Assembly (NCBI GenBank): GCA_048013815.1
Contig: CM106585.1
Coordinates: 12,710,001 to 12,774,000 of the forward strand
Reading direction: 5' to 3'
DNA: 64,000 bases
From: Setoptus koraiensis
Lineage: Eukaryota > Animalia > Arthropoda
This document shows positions 37,219 through 53,218 of this stretch, in pieces; position 1 is the first letter of the stretch; every line of letters starts with the position of its first letter. Made by a program: the position numbers and the translations under genes. The notes under the pieces were generated by a model. The model saw nothing but the letters and a program-made list of their open reading frames with translations, ran no database searches and was not told the DNA's origin.

Positions 37219-38489
37219 ATGGAACCATCACTAGAAGAAGAGGTTCCGATAAAAATCATGAGAACTTATTCTAAGCAAGATAAGTCTAGCTACGGCGGAT
37301 CTCCAAATACAAGCAGTTTTTTTAGTAATAGATCATCAATCAGTGGCATCAGTACAGAATCTTTCTTTGGTCGTCCTCCAAACAAACCATCACCCGTATT
37401 TGAGCGTCCACGCGTAAGCATCGGAGCCTGTAGCCCTTTCAAATCAACCCCACCAGTCCCATTAATTGTTGAAAGTCTAGCAGAAAATGAAAGAATTTTT
37501 AATGCCAAGATCATCAATTATCCAGAGGGTGCGCATGTTAGGGACCAGCTCTCCATCAGTAGTAGTGATCTAGACTGTCTAAATCAGTATAAGATGCTCA
37601 ACGATAACATAGTCTATCTATATTTAAAGTAAGTTGACCAAACTCTCTGTGAAAAAAAGTTTCCTCTCCATATCAATCTCTAACATATTGCCCCACATTC
37701 TATTTCGTAACCAAATAGATATTTGACCCTGGAGAAAATAGGTGGAGCCATCAGGGAAAGACTGCACCTGTTTAATACATTCTTCTATTCAAAATTAAAA
37801 CAATTGAAGACCAGTACCGATGACATCCGTCGCTGGATAAAAGACGTCGACATCTTTGATAAAGATTTTCTCGTGATACCTGTCTGTGATCAAATACACT
37901 GGTTCCTAATCATAATCTGTTACCCAGGCGAAGTTCCTGGCCGTGAAGATCCTATAACTATTCATGATGACCCAGAAAGTTGGAATCCCGAAACCGATGA
38001 TCCCAGGGTGCCTGCCATTATTATACTAGACTCATTGGGGCTAAAGAATAGACGAAGTTGCACAAAATATGTGAGAGAATTCCTGCAATATGAATCTGAT
38101 AAGAGAAACAAATCATCCAGAGAGTTTTCTCGCGAGTCCATTAAAGAGATATATGCAAGAGTTCCTACACAGACAAACTCCTACGATTGTGGTATCTATA
38201 TCTTGCAGTACTTCGAAGAGTTTTTTAAGGTAAGTCTCTCATGGCATATTAGAGAAAAGTTTAATCATATATACAACCAAATACTAAAATTCTGTCTCCG
38301 ATTTCATTCTCATTCGGTATTCCATAGAATCCAACGAAGAACTATATAAAAATGTATCAAGGCAAAAATATGACTGATTGGTTTGAAAGAACCACCATAA
38401 TTGTAAAAAGACAGAAAATCAAAGACCTTATCAACGAAAAACAATCCAAACAAGCCAATAAAAAAATAGCAGCAATTCATCTAACATAA
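37219..38489 (+). CDS. Sentrin/SUMO-specific protease, SENP6/7-like (C48 family), about 360 aa. Exons 37219-37628, 37719-38229, 38328-38489
   Basis: MLNDNIVYLYLK|YL, HLFNTFFYSKL and DIFDKDFLVIPV. The catalytic His (IHWFLIII), Asp (ILDSL) and Gln/Cys (QTNSYDCG) are present. Confidence 0.88.
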
Positions 38490-38544
38490 TTTTATCGTCG
38501 CATTGACGACAGATTAGAATTTATTTCAGCGCCCTCCCTCCTGA

Positions 38545-39662
38545 TTATATAGCATGACCATTCGTCAAGCAAATGGAGTTTGTTTTCCGTATGAAATTCA
38601 AAACAAGGTTCACCAAGTCTGCCGATTTCTCATTCGCCATTTCTAAAACCTGATCATGAACTGCACAATCATCATCGTTGTAATCGGAGGCACAATTGTT
38701 TGTTATTAATGATATACCTACACACTTAACTCCCATTTGATGTGCGGCTATAACCTCATGTACTGTGCTCATACCTATATTCCAAGTGTATGTATATATA
38801 GAATATATATTATATGTTAGAGATTTTGTTACTAAATAAAAGCAAATAGTTTTGGAGACTGACGATTTCTATCAGCATAACTGATACACATTAATTGTTC
38901 GAGAGACTCACCGACTGTATTAGCTCCCAACATGATGAGTAGGCGAGCTTCGGCGACTGTTTCATATGTTGGGCCGGAAACCATAGCGTAGACTCCTTTT
39001 TTTGTGTATTCAGTCATATTCAGTTCTTTGCTGGTGGCAGACAACAATTCTATGAGTTCCTTGCTATAGGCTCCTGTCATAGGCAAAAAACGTTTTCCAA
39101 ATCTCTCATCATACGATCCTCTTAAAGGATTTTCGCCACATAAACCTGGCATCGAGATGTGATCATAGATTATCATGATATCACCAGGTTTGAACGATTT
39201 TGTGAGGTTTCCTGCTGCATTTGTCGCTATAAGAATCTTTATTCCCATCATAGCCATCACTCTTATCGGCCTGACACAATCAGACACTTGATATCCTTCA
39301 TAAAGATGGGCTCGTCCTTTCATGCAGACAACATCTTGACCATTGGATCTACCAAACACTAGGTGACCCGCATGGCCGCTAACTGTGCAAACAATCAGTG
39401 ATTGAAACAATTTTCCGATTCAATATAAATGTATAACTGTTGAATCGCAGTTTTTCTGAACTAATGAGATGAACTCACCTGTGCTCTTTGGGAAGTAAGG
39501 TATGTCGGAGTATGGAATGGAAATTTTGTCATCTAGGTGATCCGCTAGGCCACCCAAACCACTTCCACAAACAACGCCAACTTTGGGCTTGTACAAGTCT
39601 TTACAGATACTTTTGATGTAAGCGATTCCATCTTGAACTTTAGTATACTCCGTTGAATCCAT
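38545..39662 (-). CDS. PNP: Purine nucleoside phosphorylase, 294 aa. Exons 39662-39479, 39382-38912, 38774-38545
   Basis: VVCGSGLGG, IPYFPKST|VSGHAG, MKGRAHLYEG, TNAAG, GPTYETVAE, VG|MSTVHEV and SLITN. Confidence 0.96.
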
Positions 39663-41869
39663 TGCAGTTTACAATTGATCACTTTTTTGTTCGATTTAAA
39701 ACAGTTTTAGGACAAGTTTTATGATGTTGCTGGTTTCTTTTGGTACCTACAACGAACAATTATCTACAGTTGTTTAAATTTAATCCATATCTTCGTACAT
39801 ATTTTAAATAGAGTCTATTAGTACGGGTAGTTTGACAGGTATGAGCGAATTTGACTTATAACTGGCAATTTTATTATTCTATAAGACTATCAGCTAGCTA
39901 CATTTGACAATAGATCGTGCAGCTATCTGTAACATTATTATTATTATAATATTATTTGTTTCACATAGATTTCTCAATGAACTACATTTAATGCTCCCCA
40001 ACAATAACAAATCAACCAAGACACTTATAGTGTCTCACAATAATAAACAAATAAAGATTTTCTTAAGACACTCATAGCAACAAGTTATATGAAAACAGTG
40101 TTATCAGTAATCAGTATCTAATAAAATATAATCTAAACTGATGAATCTATAGGATGATTGTCTAAGATTGAACTCAACTTTTATTTCTTTGCTAACCGCT
40201 AAATGCTCAGAATAGTTCTAGATCAATGGTGCCCTGGTGAGAGCTGGAAATCTCATTACGAGTGATGTGGAGGAATCATTTTGATTGTTCTGAAGCGCAA
40301 ATTTCTATATGAATGTATGTATTTCCTCAGGATATGCTGACATCAGGATTGTGTATCACCAGCGTAATAAAATGCCTATTCATAGGGGTGAAAGTTGTTT
40401 TGACGCTCTCAATTTACATCGCCATTAAATGGTGTTAAGAGATTAGATTTTGTCCTTTATCCATCAATCAAGAACCTTACGAATGTTTGTGCTATCGAGT
40501 GCTGAGACAATCAAACTTTCGTCTATATAATTAGCTCGTTAGTGGATAAAGTAATAAGGCAGCCTTTTTGTCCATTACATTGTCGTCAACTTAGGGCAAT
40601 TTCAATCCAAAAATATTGCACACTTTATACTATATACTATACTTTATTACTTTATTACTTTATTTTATACTTTATGGCATACTTTTGATAGAGTAGGAAA
40701 TTACAGCCATTGTGATGAGTGTGTTGTGGAGATGAGGATTCTTAATACTTCAATGCTGGTATCTCTTATCTCTGTTAAGATTTACCTAAATAGTGAAATT
40801 AACTCACCAACTATTAATATCAAATCATCGTATGATTGACAAGTTTATCTACATACTTGATAAGTATGAAGAAGTCCTATTTATTGAAATGATTGCTTTA
40901 TCTAATCAACGACTCGTTTTCACTGTGACGTTGTTAATAAATCTCAAAATAATAACTTTGTCAACTGGGTAAACAAAAATAAATCCACGCTATGATAATT
41001 TAGGGCATCTGTAAATAGACGAGTTTCTATAAGTTTGATTTAAAGATAATCAGAATCTGTCTGTGAGAATTGTAACGAATTGTTGGATCGAAACAATTAA
41101 TTCGATTGATAAGAGATGCTTGATGAGATGATCTAGCTCTTTCGAGTGCGTAACAATAGATCTCTTTGAAATGCCCGCGCTAGTTAGTGTCCAGTCGGCC
41201 AGTTGTGGGCTAGATTTACTTCTCTAAAATCTCACGGAGGAACACCGATATCTATTGCATTACGATCGATTTAGAGTAGATTTATACTAACTTATATTGA
41301 TTCTGTATTTTGTTACAAGTGAATGGGCATCACCTAATTGTCGTACCCGTTATAGCGCACGAAACCTCATCTTTTTGGTCTATCAAAAGTACATTGCTAC
41401 TGATGAACGCCCCGGAATGAATTTGAAGAAGTCTAAAAATAAAATCCAAAATACACCAGACGGCTATCCTATTCCTTCATAGTGCATTCAATCATTATAG
41501 TCAAATAGCAACATCACTTGCGGAATTCAGTTTACAACATGATGAATTGATATCAAACATTCATCTATGAATTGATGCTCTACACTATTCTACGCAGTAT
41601 TAATAGATGTAGCTTTGAGTAGGTCTCCTTATCGCCAGTACATCTTAACCGCTTTACATGGGCCACCGACTATGTTGCAATATGTTACTCAACTAATGCT
41701 TAATACAGGTCCGCATGAATAAACCAAGAAACATACCGTTTTGGCTTACATGATTTGCTATATAATTAATATATCACAATGACCAACAAATTGCAACTAT
41801 GGCCTAATATCATGCCAACATAGTAATTGTCCATGTAGATAGAAAATATTCATAATTTTCGTTTCGGTC

Positions 41870-44481
41870 ATGCAAGCATTTGGTAGAAAGTATTCGTTGA
41901 GTTCAGGTATTTCTCAGTCATCTGGACAATCGAATACTGCACGAGCGTCAACTAACTTATGCAATCGATGCAGGAACTTCGAAGAGGAACTCCTGAACAC
42001 TTCAGACAATCTAAGCGCAATCAACACGGAATTAAAAGCTAGTCGTCAATGTATCAGTTTGTTGCAAAGAGAAATACAATTGTTGCGACAACAAAAATTA
42101 GACTTGGAGAAGCTGGTGATATCTCAATCGTCGGATGTATCTGATACAAGTACAAATGATCTCATCGATAGCGATTGGAATATCGTATTACCAAACTCAA
42201 CGAATACTGGTGATGTGGATTTGGCCACCATTGAGAAAACAACCCAATCTGATAAAGAAGACAAATTATTAAAATTGATCAAGACGCAAGTTTATGAGAA
42301 AGCTCAGGATATATTAAATATTAATCTCAAGCTAAAGAAAGCTGAAGATGACAAAGAACAGCTTAATAATCAATTGCTCTATTTACAAGAGGAAAACACA
42401 AAGCTTAAGAATGACAATACTGTCTATACTGAGATGTTAGAATTGAGGGATCAGACAGTTGTTTCATTGACAGATGAATTATTTGAAACTGAGGCTTTAG
42501 CCAATGGATCAAATAATCGTAGACGCCGATCGGAGTTTATTCCAACTATACCTTCAGCAATAGCAAGTAAAAGTTCCACCTTGCAGTATGGAAGGGGTCA
42601 ATCAAAATTAGTAGGAACAATCAATGCTTATAAAAAACAAAATGAAATATTAAGTAGTAATGTTATTAGACTTACTGACAAGTGTCAGCAGTCGGAAAGA
42701 AGAGAAATCGAACTCAGATCTCAATGCCATGAGTTGGAGGCAAAGTGTTGTCAAATACAAAGCAAGTTGCTGTCGCTCTTAAAAGAAATTGACCAGTCAA
42801 CAAAACAGAGAAAAGAGGAAGTGGACAAGTGCAATGATAATGAATTCAAGAACTCTAATGATATGAACGGCGGTGATGTTGTCTGTAGTGAGTCAGTCAA
42901 ATTTTTGATAAAACGACTTCTTGAAGATAAATCTCTAGATATACCTCTTAGTTGGAAAGAAGGCAATCAAAGCAGTAACAAACAGTCCATCAACAAGAAT
43001 AGTTTGAAAAATGAATGCGACGATCTGGGATTCTATTATTGTAAGGAAGAAAATAATGATCGTCGCATAGCATCGGCTGCGAGATCAGACAATCACTCTA
43101 AAGCTGATTGCCCGTTGGACAGTATAGATGAGAACAATGCAGTTGAGTCCAATGACAACGCTGAAGTTAGAACTTCGGATAGTCCTAAACCGATAGGCAA
43201 AGAGAGGTACGATAACGTAGGATCCATTGTAGGAGGCACTATTTACGAATCCACTCGCAATGGTGCAAAAGTTAAATGGAGGAATAAATGGGATAATTTC
43301 ATTAAGGGTATAGACACTCTAGACTTGACAAAAAGTAGAGAATTTAAGAGTCTACTAAGATCGGGTTGTCCTCATGAATACCGCTGTAAAGTTTGGAAGT
43401 CATTAATTCAAATCAAAGTGGGGGAACTGCGTAATTCCAATTACGGCCCCGATTATTATCAATGTTTGCTCAACCCTCACCCTGCTAAGAAATTGAATCC
43501 ATCGGGGAAACAAATCGAGCTAGACTTACTGAGAACTCTACCAAATAACCGACATTTCGAAAGTTTAGACTCAAATGGAACAATACGCTTAAGAAAGGTG
43601 CTTACAGCATACTCGCTCCACAATCCATCGATTGGTTATTGCCAGGGGATGAACAGGTTGGCTGCCCTAGCTCTGCTTGTTCTACCAGAGGAGGAAGCAT
43701 TTTGGTGTTTGGTTACTATAATTGAATACATTATGCCACCAGGTTATTATTCAAATCTGTGGTTAGCTCAGATAGACTCGAGTGTTGTTGGAGAATATAT
43801 TGGTATAAAAATGCCTCTACTCAACGATCACCTTGTAAGACATGGTATCGAAGTCTCTCTATTTGCTTGGTTCCTTACTATATTTGTCGATGGTATGCCG
43901 TCCGAAATATTTCTCCGCTGTTGGGATTGCTTCCTTTATGAAGGTGATAAAGGTGAGTTTGCTTATCATCATGCTACTTCGATGATCATTTCATTCGAGT
44001 CTCACAACTAATTATAATGTATTACTTTACCTTAACTTCCAACTAAGTTCTATTCAGAGTTGCTCTAGCACTGATAAAGGTGAACGAAAATAGACTGCTT
44101 CAAATGAATAGTTCGGCTAGTGTCAACAGTTTTCTGAGATCTTTTGCCAATCTATCTATAGACGTAGATCATCTTTTTGAAGGTAAGTTCAACAATCCTC
44201 TAGAATTCATATGAACTTAAATTAGAATTTATTGATTGAAAATGTTAAATCGAGAAAATTCTTTCTGATTTGCAGTTGCCTTCGATTGGATGAACCCTTT
44301 ATCTTCCAAATCGCTCAAGTTAAAGAGACAAAGTCATTATGATCTTATAAAAGCTGAGATAGATTTTGTTGGTCATGGCAAACCTGGACCGTCCTCTGGC
44401 AGAGATGGTGAAACTTCTCGACAACAGGACGCGAAGAGAGACGAGTCTCCCTATGATGACTCTAGCATCATCAGTATTTAG
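41870..44481 (+). CDS. TBC1D2: TBC1 domain Rab-GAP, TBC1D2/2B-like, 807 aa. Exons 41870-43952, 44048-44182, 44276-44481
   Basis: N-terminal coiled coils. The TBC domain has the Arg finger (IELDLLRT) and Gln finger (GYCQGMN), plus EEEAFWCLV and WDCFLYEGDK|VLFRVALAL. Confidence 0.85.
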
Positions 44482-44669
44482 TTACAGCTATCAATAAACT
44501 AAGCGATTATTGAAAGTTATATATAAAATAAATTAATATATATAGTTATAAAAAAGATGAAGTATCATGAGGTTAATAAATGTATTTTACAGACCCTGTT
44601 ATTTATTAATGCAAGGACCTTAGATAGTATTATTTGACAGTAATCTTGATAAGGTTATGGTAGTGCTAA

Positions 44670-45032
<363 letters not shown>

Positions 45033-46273
45033 TCAATGTAATGATTGCTCTAACGATAATTATTTTTACTAAACTGAATATTTCACAATTATTTTAATAT
45101 ATTTAATAGTGCCCAGTATTAAAATATTGCAAGTAAACAATAACAAATTTGTTTTTCTACAGTCGTCATACATTGTGACTCACACTAAGAATCTACGCTG
45201 CGTACTTCGCATGCAAACGTACTGTGTACGCCTTTTCTAATGTCGTAAACATCAATGCAAACAAAATCCGCAAGGGGCGCTCGTTACGCGTTAGAAATCA
45301 TAACAAAGGACACAAAGCTCGATGCCCAAGTCAGTGCGAAAATCAAATTCTTGCACCACGGAATTCACTGTGCAGAATAAACAATAGTTTTTACTGTGCC
45401 AGAAATGAACTGTCAATATAGGTGTAGAATGATCAGTGCAAGTGAAGTGTTTGATTTACTCACCCTTCTGTCATTGTGTGCACCTGTGATTATAATAACA
45501 TTAGAAGCCAGTTTCGCCCATCAGACGGCGCCTTGATGTCGAAAATCAATCGAAGTAAGTGTTTCGTGTGTTTTCTGCCCGAATATCCCGATGTGCACAA
45601 TGAGTTAGTGGCGAAATCAGAATAGTTTTTTATAATTATTACACTGCATTTGTTAGCTGAACGGTCACGTTTTTGCAGCTGCCCCGACTTGTGTAATACA
45701 ATAGGATATGAGATTAAGTTGCAACGAAAAAAACACCTGACTTGATAGAGTTACTCACCTTGAAAGGGTTGTGAGATATTTATCCAGGCACCTTGCCGTT
45801 GATTCGATGACTGCAGTTTCAAACCGTGGAATCTCTACAATCCATCATGGCGCCGCGTAGTGGATTGAACTTACAATAGATCTTTTCGGAAACATTTTCG
45901 TCACCGATTACAATAATCCCCATAATTGCACAACAGGATTTTGGTTTCTAAAGGCACTGCATTGAGCTGAATGGTCGTGGATATTTAGTGAATAGATCAT
46001 GAACACCGCACTAGATATGTCATATCAGATATTTACGAATGGATATCTAAACCGATATACCTTCGAGTGACGAACCACTATTCTTTGTGTGAGTATTTAT
46101 GTGCGAATATTCACAGAATTGGCCTGAAACATTCTCGTGTGCTTCCCACGTTTTTGTGTTTTCCTTAATTGACATAATGACTGTTAGGTAATATTGTCAT
46201 TAAATTCCCGTTAAATAAATAACAAAAAAAAGTAGGAAAATAAAAGAGCAGATAATTCAGTTGAATTTGTGTT

Positions 46274-46826
46274 ATGGAAAAAAAAGAAAAGGCGGAAGAT
46301 TACGGACCAGTTCATGATGAGGTGGAAATAGAGGACTTCGAATACGACGAGGAAACAGAAACATTCACCTATCCGTGCCCATGTGGTGACATGTTCACAG
46401 TTACTAAGGTAAGAAAAGAAACAAAATATCTCGTGCATAACACCTGTCTATATAATTTCAATAATTTACATCGAAAAACTCTTTGGGAAGAACTCTGAGC
46501 TGCTCTTTGGATCAATATGAACAAAAATGAATTGAACTCGAAATTTTCTTACGAATTATCATACTCCCTAACTATGTGTTACATCAATTGATAATTACAA
46601 ATCATGTGTATTCAATGTTTATTTACATAAATTATTCCTTCTCGTTTGCGTATCATGTATGAATGTAATACAGGGAGAACTATTGAGTGGCGAGGCATTA
46701 GCTAGATGTCCATCTTGCTCGCTGACAGTATTGGTCATCTTTAATGCCAAAGATATTGAGAACTTAAGCACGGTCAAGGGTAACTCAAACACAGGTAGTT
46801 CCAAGGTGGCCCTGAAACAAAAGTGA
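46274..46826 (+). CDS. DPH3: Diphthamide biosynthesis protein 3 (CSL zinc finger), 95 aa. Exons 46274-46408, 46674-46826
   Basis: [28 protein letters not shown]|[15 protein letters not shown]. Confidence 0.93.
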
Positions 46827-46875
46827 AGCCTCGATGTAAGCTTTCATCAAAGGACTTGACACAACTAAGATGAAT

Positions 46876-48894
<2,019 letters not shown>

Positions 48895-49509
48895 TTAATT
48901 TTAATTAATAGGTTCGATGAATATAAGTATTATTAGGAATTTGTTGTTGCAGCTTTATCTGTAGTGCATATAACTAATTTTATCGAAATGCTGGAAACAG
49001 CTGTTTTCGAGGAAGAGCGCCAAATTCGAACAAGTTTAATCTCATTGAGATTATCTTGCAAGTCGAGGATCAGCTTCAATCCTTTCAAAGATTTTTTATG
49101 TTAACGAAGGTACCAATTGATATAAAACGGTTATACAGTTGCATGTGACTTTTCAACTCGGGTCGCTTTTATTAGTTTATAATCAATCATATAGCCTACT
49201 TCAAATACTACGTTAGGAACCTTCAATTGTATCAAGCTAGTCGATTTATACGGGACACGGCGAACAATAGCCTGTTATTAGCTCCACTTATTTGACCCAG
49301 AAACAAGAAGAAAGAAAAAAGGAAATACAATCGCGTCAGAACAGCAACCTCTAGCTGTTTCACCAAAACCTAGTTCTGGGGGCAGTCATTGCTCGCCAGT
49401 ACCATGATTTTAATCTACTTGTCAAATAGATATTTAAATAAAAATAATCCGTGAAAGTGTAAATATACCTGGATGGTGATTTTTAGTGATTTACAGTATA
49501 ACTCGACTC

Positions 49510-51105
49510 ATGGACTCAATTCTTAGACATGGTTTGGTAAAGAGCATACTGGGCGATAAGACTGGATTCTTTCGATCTAGATTTCTTTATACCACCTCTT
49601 TAGAATTCTCCTCTGTGCCTAAAAGTAAGAAACATAACTCATAAGACGCTACTAACTAGTTGGAGATTCCAAACTGAACTGGCTCAAACAATCTGTTTGA
49701 CCTCTTCAGAGTTGTCTACTCATTGCGCCGCAATACTGCGAGGCTTATTGTAAACATTTTTATAACCTCTATACAATACAACAGATGCTATCATTCATGA
49801 GAGTAGCTCATAATGCTTCAACTTACAATTCATCTTGCATGACGTGTACACACAGGCTCGGAAAGGCATTCTATTTTGGATGTATATTCGAAAAAAGTAA
49901 GCGATGGAGAAATAAGAGATGATGAATATCAAATGAACATAGTAAAGACCTTACAAAAACTGGACGATGACTTGGAGGCTTATAAACCTCCAAAGAATAA
50001 CATTTGGACAAAATGGATCGGCGGCCAAAACACGAGGCCGTCACGAGGTCTTTATTTATATGGCTCAGTTGGTTGTGGAAAAACATTTTTGATGGATCTA
50101 TTCTACGAAAATTGCTCCATAGCGACAAAATCCAAACAAAGGATACATTTTCATCGATTTATGCTTGATGTACACTCCAGAGTTCATCAGATCAAGCAGA
50201 ACAGAAATCTGGCTAGATCCAGTCATCATGCGCTAAATTTCAACCCCATACCTCGTGTTGCCAGATTGATAGCAGCCGATTCTTGGTTATTATGTCTCGA
50301 TGAATTTCAGGTCACTGACGTCGCGGATGCGATGATATTGAAACAGTTGTTCAAGCACCTATTCGAGGAGGGCGTCATACTAGTGGCCACGTCAAATCGA
50401 GCACCCGATGATTTGTATAAATCTGGTCTACAACGTTCATCGTTTTTACCATTCATCGATTTGTTGAAAGAAAAATGCAATGTCAAGTGCCTTGACTCCA
50501 ATATAGACTACAGGAAAACATCCTCGTCTTTCAAAGGTGTTTATTTCTTAACTACCAAAGAAAGTCACACAAGGGATTTGGATTACTTTTTCAGTTTGAT
50601 TTCATTACCCGAAAAGGATGTTGTGCGTCCAAAAACTATCAATGTCAATAATAGGAACGTTCACCTTAAGAAAACCTGTGGAGGAATAATCGATTGTGAT
50701 TTCTCCGAGCTTTGTGAGCAACCATTGGGAGCTGATGACTATGATTGTATAGGCAAATCATTTCACACTGTCATTATTAGGAACATACCAAAATTCAATT
50801 CAAAACTTAAGTCTGAGGCTAAGCGATTTATAACACTCATCGATATACTTTATGACGCTAAAACTCGAGTGGTATTCTCTGCTGATGCGCCCGTTTCCGA
50901 ATTGTTTGCTCTTCAATCAGATGATTCTCATCATATCTACGACGAAAATAGAACCCTGTTGGATGATCTAGATCTTAAAGGTTCTGACTCAAAATTAAGT
51001 CTGTTCACAGGTGAAGAGGAAATTTTCGCCTTAGACAGAACTGTTTCAAGAATTGTTGAAATGCAAACAAATCAATACTGGGAATCTGGAACAGTATATG
51101 GCTAG
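49510..51105 (+). CDS. AFG1L: AFG1-like mitochondrial ATPase (LACE1), 454 aa. Exons 49510-49624, 49856-51105
   Basis: Walker [17 protein letters not shown], Walker [21 protein letters not shown] and [11 protein letters not shown] phase-1 first exon encoding a presequence-like peptide restores the start. Confidence 0.92.
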
Positions 51106-52279
51106 TACAATTTATCCTATGATCTTGAATTTACTTCGAGTTGGGAAAGCTCATGTGCCTACTGTGGGATTAGTTATCTCTTCACTGAATCTTGTGAGAC
51201 TGTTCCATCTTTAACTCACTACTTACTGTTAGATTTCCCTTAGAGCTTCCTCGCTTCTTATTTGTACTGAGAGTCTCACTCCTCCTATTCATCTGTATCC
51301 AATTCACCATTGTGATTCACTGTTCAAAAAACGAGCCTAGCTAGATATCTGTGAAAATATACTATAAATAGAACCCCAATTACCACCCCAAGATATGACT
51401 CGTCTATTTTATCAATGTCATCCTGTTGCACAACCTAACCATGTCAATTTCAACTTGAACAATCGTGTTTTTCCGAATTATTCGATCACAAATAGGAGTG
51501 TCACAACAATTTAATAAACGAGTCGCAACCAGTCGTCGCTTAGTGATACCAGTATAGATGAGAATGCGAATTATATGATTACGACCATACACACTAGCTG
51601 TAGATTGAACCTATCGATGAAGAAAGTCTTCCTAGAGAAAGAGCAATTTCATATTGCCGTTAGTCTTGTTTCCACGAGTTGAACACTGTTCACTCCAGCC
51701 AATTGATTGTTTGTGAATTTATTCTCGGGTGCCACCATTCATCATTTCGAACAATCCTTCGGGTATGTGCATTATTCATATAGATAGCAACCTTCATCAC
51801 CGAATTATGTAACCTGTTGCAGATTATCCTGATTATTGTCCTCATGGAGACCTGTTAACAACAATCACCATATTAACTGGTCCATCGTAGACCCTCTATG
51901 TACCAATAAACTGCAGATAGAGCATCAAGAGAGATAACCTGCCCGCACGATTACTTGAGTACGCATGCTCTGTGCCCATTTTTCGTCTGTTCACTTTTCG
52001 CGCTTCTCACTTTTGAATAATCGGTCTGGAGTCTAGACAAAAAAGGAGCGCATCATATGTTTGCTTTCTAATATTTATCCGATACAAAATGTAAAATCTA
52101 GCTTCGGATCGAGAGACTATATTTACTGATATTTAGTATTGCTCAATAGTCTTATTGGATGTCCTCCCTCTAGTTGCTAGAATAATGCTGATATCGAGTG
52201 ATCGATACGACAGAAACTGTACCCGCAGGATGTTTAGTAGAGTGCGGCCTCCAATTGACCCCATAACTTAAATTGACAC

Positions 52280-53218
52280 ATGGCTGAAACCATCTCGCTA
52301 GATTGCCTGGAAAAGACCATTCAGGAAAACTACTCGTTATTTAAGCAATTGCGTCAGCCCAAAATCGATTGTGATCGTTACACCGTGTTTGCCAGCGTGA
52401 ACAGATTAAGCGACAGAAAACTTGTCGCTCTATCAACTGGCACTCAAGCCTGTCTCAAAAAATATAGAGACGACATACAGGATTGTCATGCGGAGTCCCT
52501 TCTTAAGAGGGCGTACAAAAGGCACCTCATAGACCAGCTACAGCATGAACTGTTGGAAGATGTTCCACAGAAAACTGAGACAATTTTTGACTTGATTTTA
52601 TTTATTTCACAATTTCCATGTGGCCTCACAAACAAATACAAAGGTGATGAGCCCAGAGACTCAACCGGCAAATTGATCAAACGTAAACCTGGCCGGGGAA
52701 CTGTTCAAGAAGACGGCAGTATTGCCTATGTTTCAAAACCTCCATGCACGGATAAAATCGTCAAATGGCTCAATGAGGGCTTCCAAGGAAGAAGACTTGC
52801 TAGTTTACTGGCCATAAAAGCAAACATAAAGCTCATAGTTTTAGGTGGCTGCGATAGTATATCAGAGAGTGATCATAGAGTAGAATGCGATAAATTGAGA
52901 CAAATCCTGATTTCGAACTGTCCAGGTACTTCTTTCGAAATTGTCAGTTTAAGTTCATTCAGACAAGAGGAATTTATTAGGTCTTCCAATAAAGAACCTC
53001 ATCCGATATCTATAGTATGGTGGATATCCAAAGATGGGTCTGATAAAGGTGGCAGCTTAGAACTGCTTGTAGATGGCAGAAAGTCTGGCGTGACTTTCAA
53101 ATGTCTGCAACAGGGAAAGTATAAATCTCTCAAGGTTGTTGACTTCAGCATTAACCAAGATATAGATAATATCATGCATCTGAAAACAAAGCCTGTCAAA
53201 GATCAATCAGATAGTTAA
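52280..53218 (+). CDS. ADAT1: tRNA-specific adenosine deaminase 1-like (A-to-I editase domain, no dsRBD), intronless, 312 aa
   Basis: VALSTGT, DCHAE (Zn-His and catalytic Glu), PCG, RKPGRG and CTDKIVKW..G.QG. The C-terminal part is strongly diverged. Confidence 0.72.
   Translation: MAETISLDCLEKTIQENYSLFKQLRQPKIDCDRYTVFASVNRLSDRKLVALSTGTQACLKKYRDDIQDCHAESLLKRAYKRHLIDQLQHELLEDVPQKTETIFDLILFISQFPCGLTNKYKGDEPRDSTGKLIKRKPGRGTVQEDGSIAYVSKPPCTDKIVKWLNEGFQGRRLASLLAIKANIKLIVLGGCDSISESDHRVECDKLRQILISNCPGTSFEIVSLSSFRQEEFIRSSNKEPHPISIVWWISKDGSDKGGSLELLVDGRKSGVTFKCLQQGKYKSLKVVDFSINQDIDNIMHLKTKPVKDQSDS

Noticed and set aside
39960-40530. Minus-strand frame that looks like a decayed gene
   Set aside because: It has many stops and no motif I can assign. 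A TBLASTN or HMM hit would be needed.
51363-51442. TATA box followed by AACCTAACC, a possible TTAGG telomerase RNA template
   Set aside because: A 9-mer is expected by chance about once in a window this size. A T4 run precedes it, and the PSE-like sequence is at the wrong spacing.
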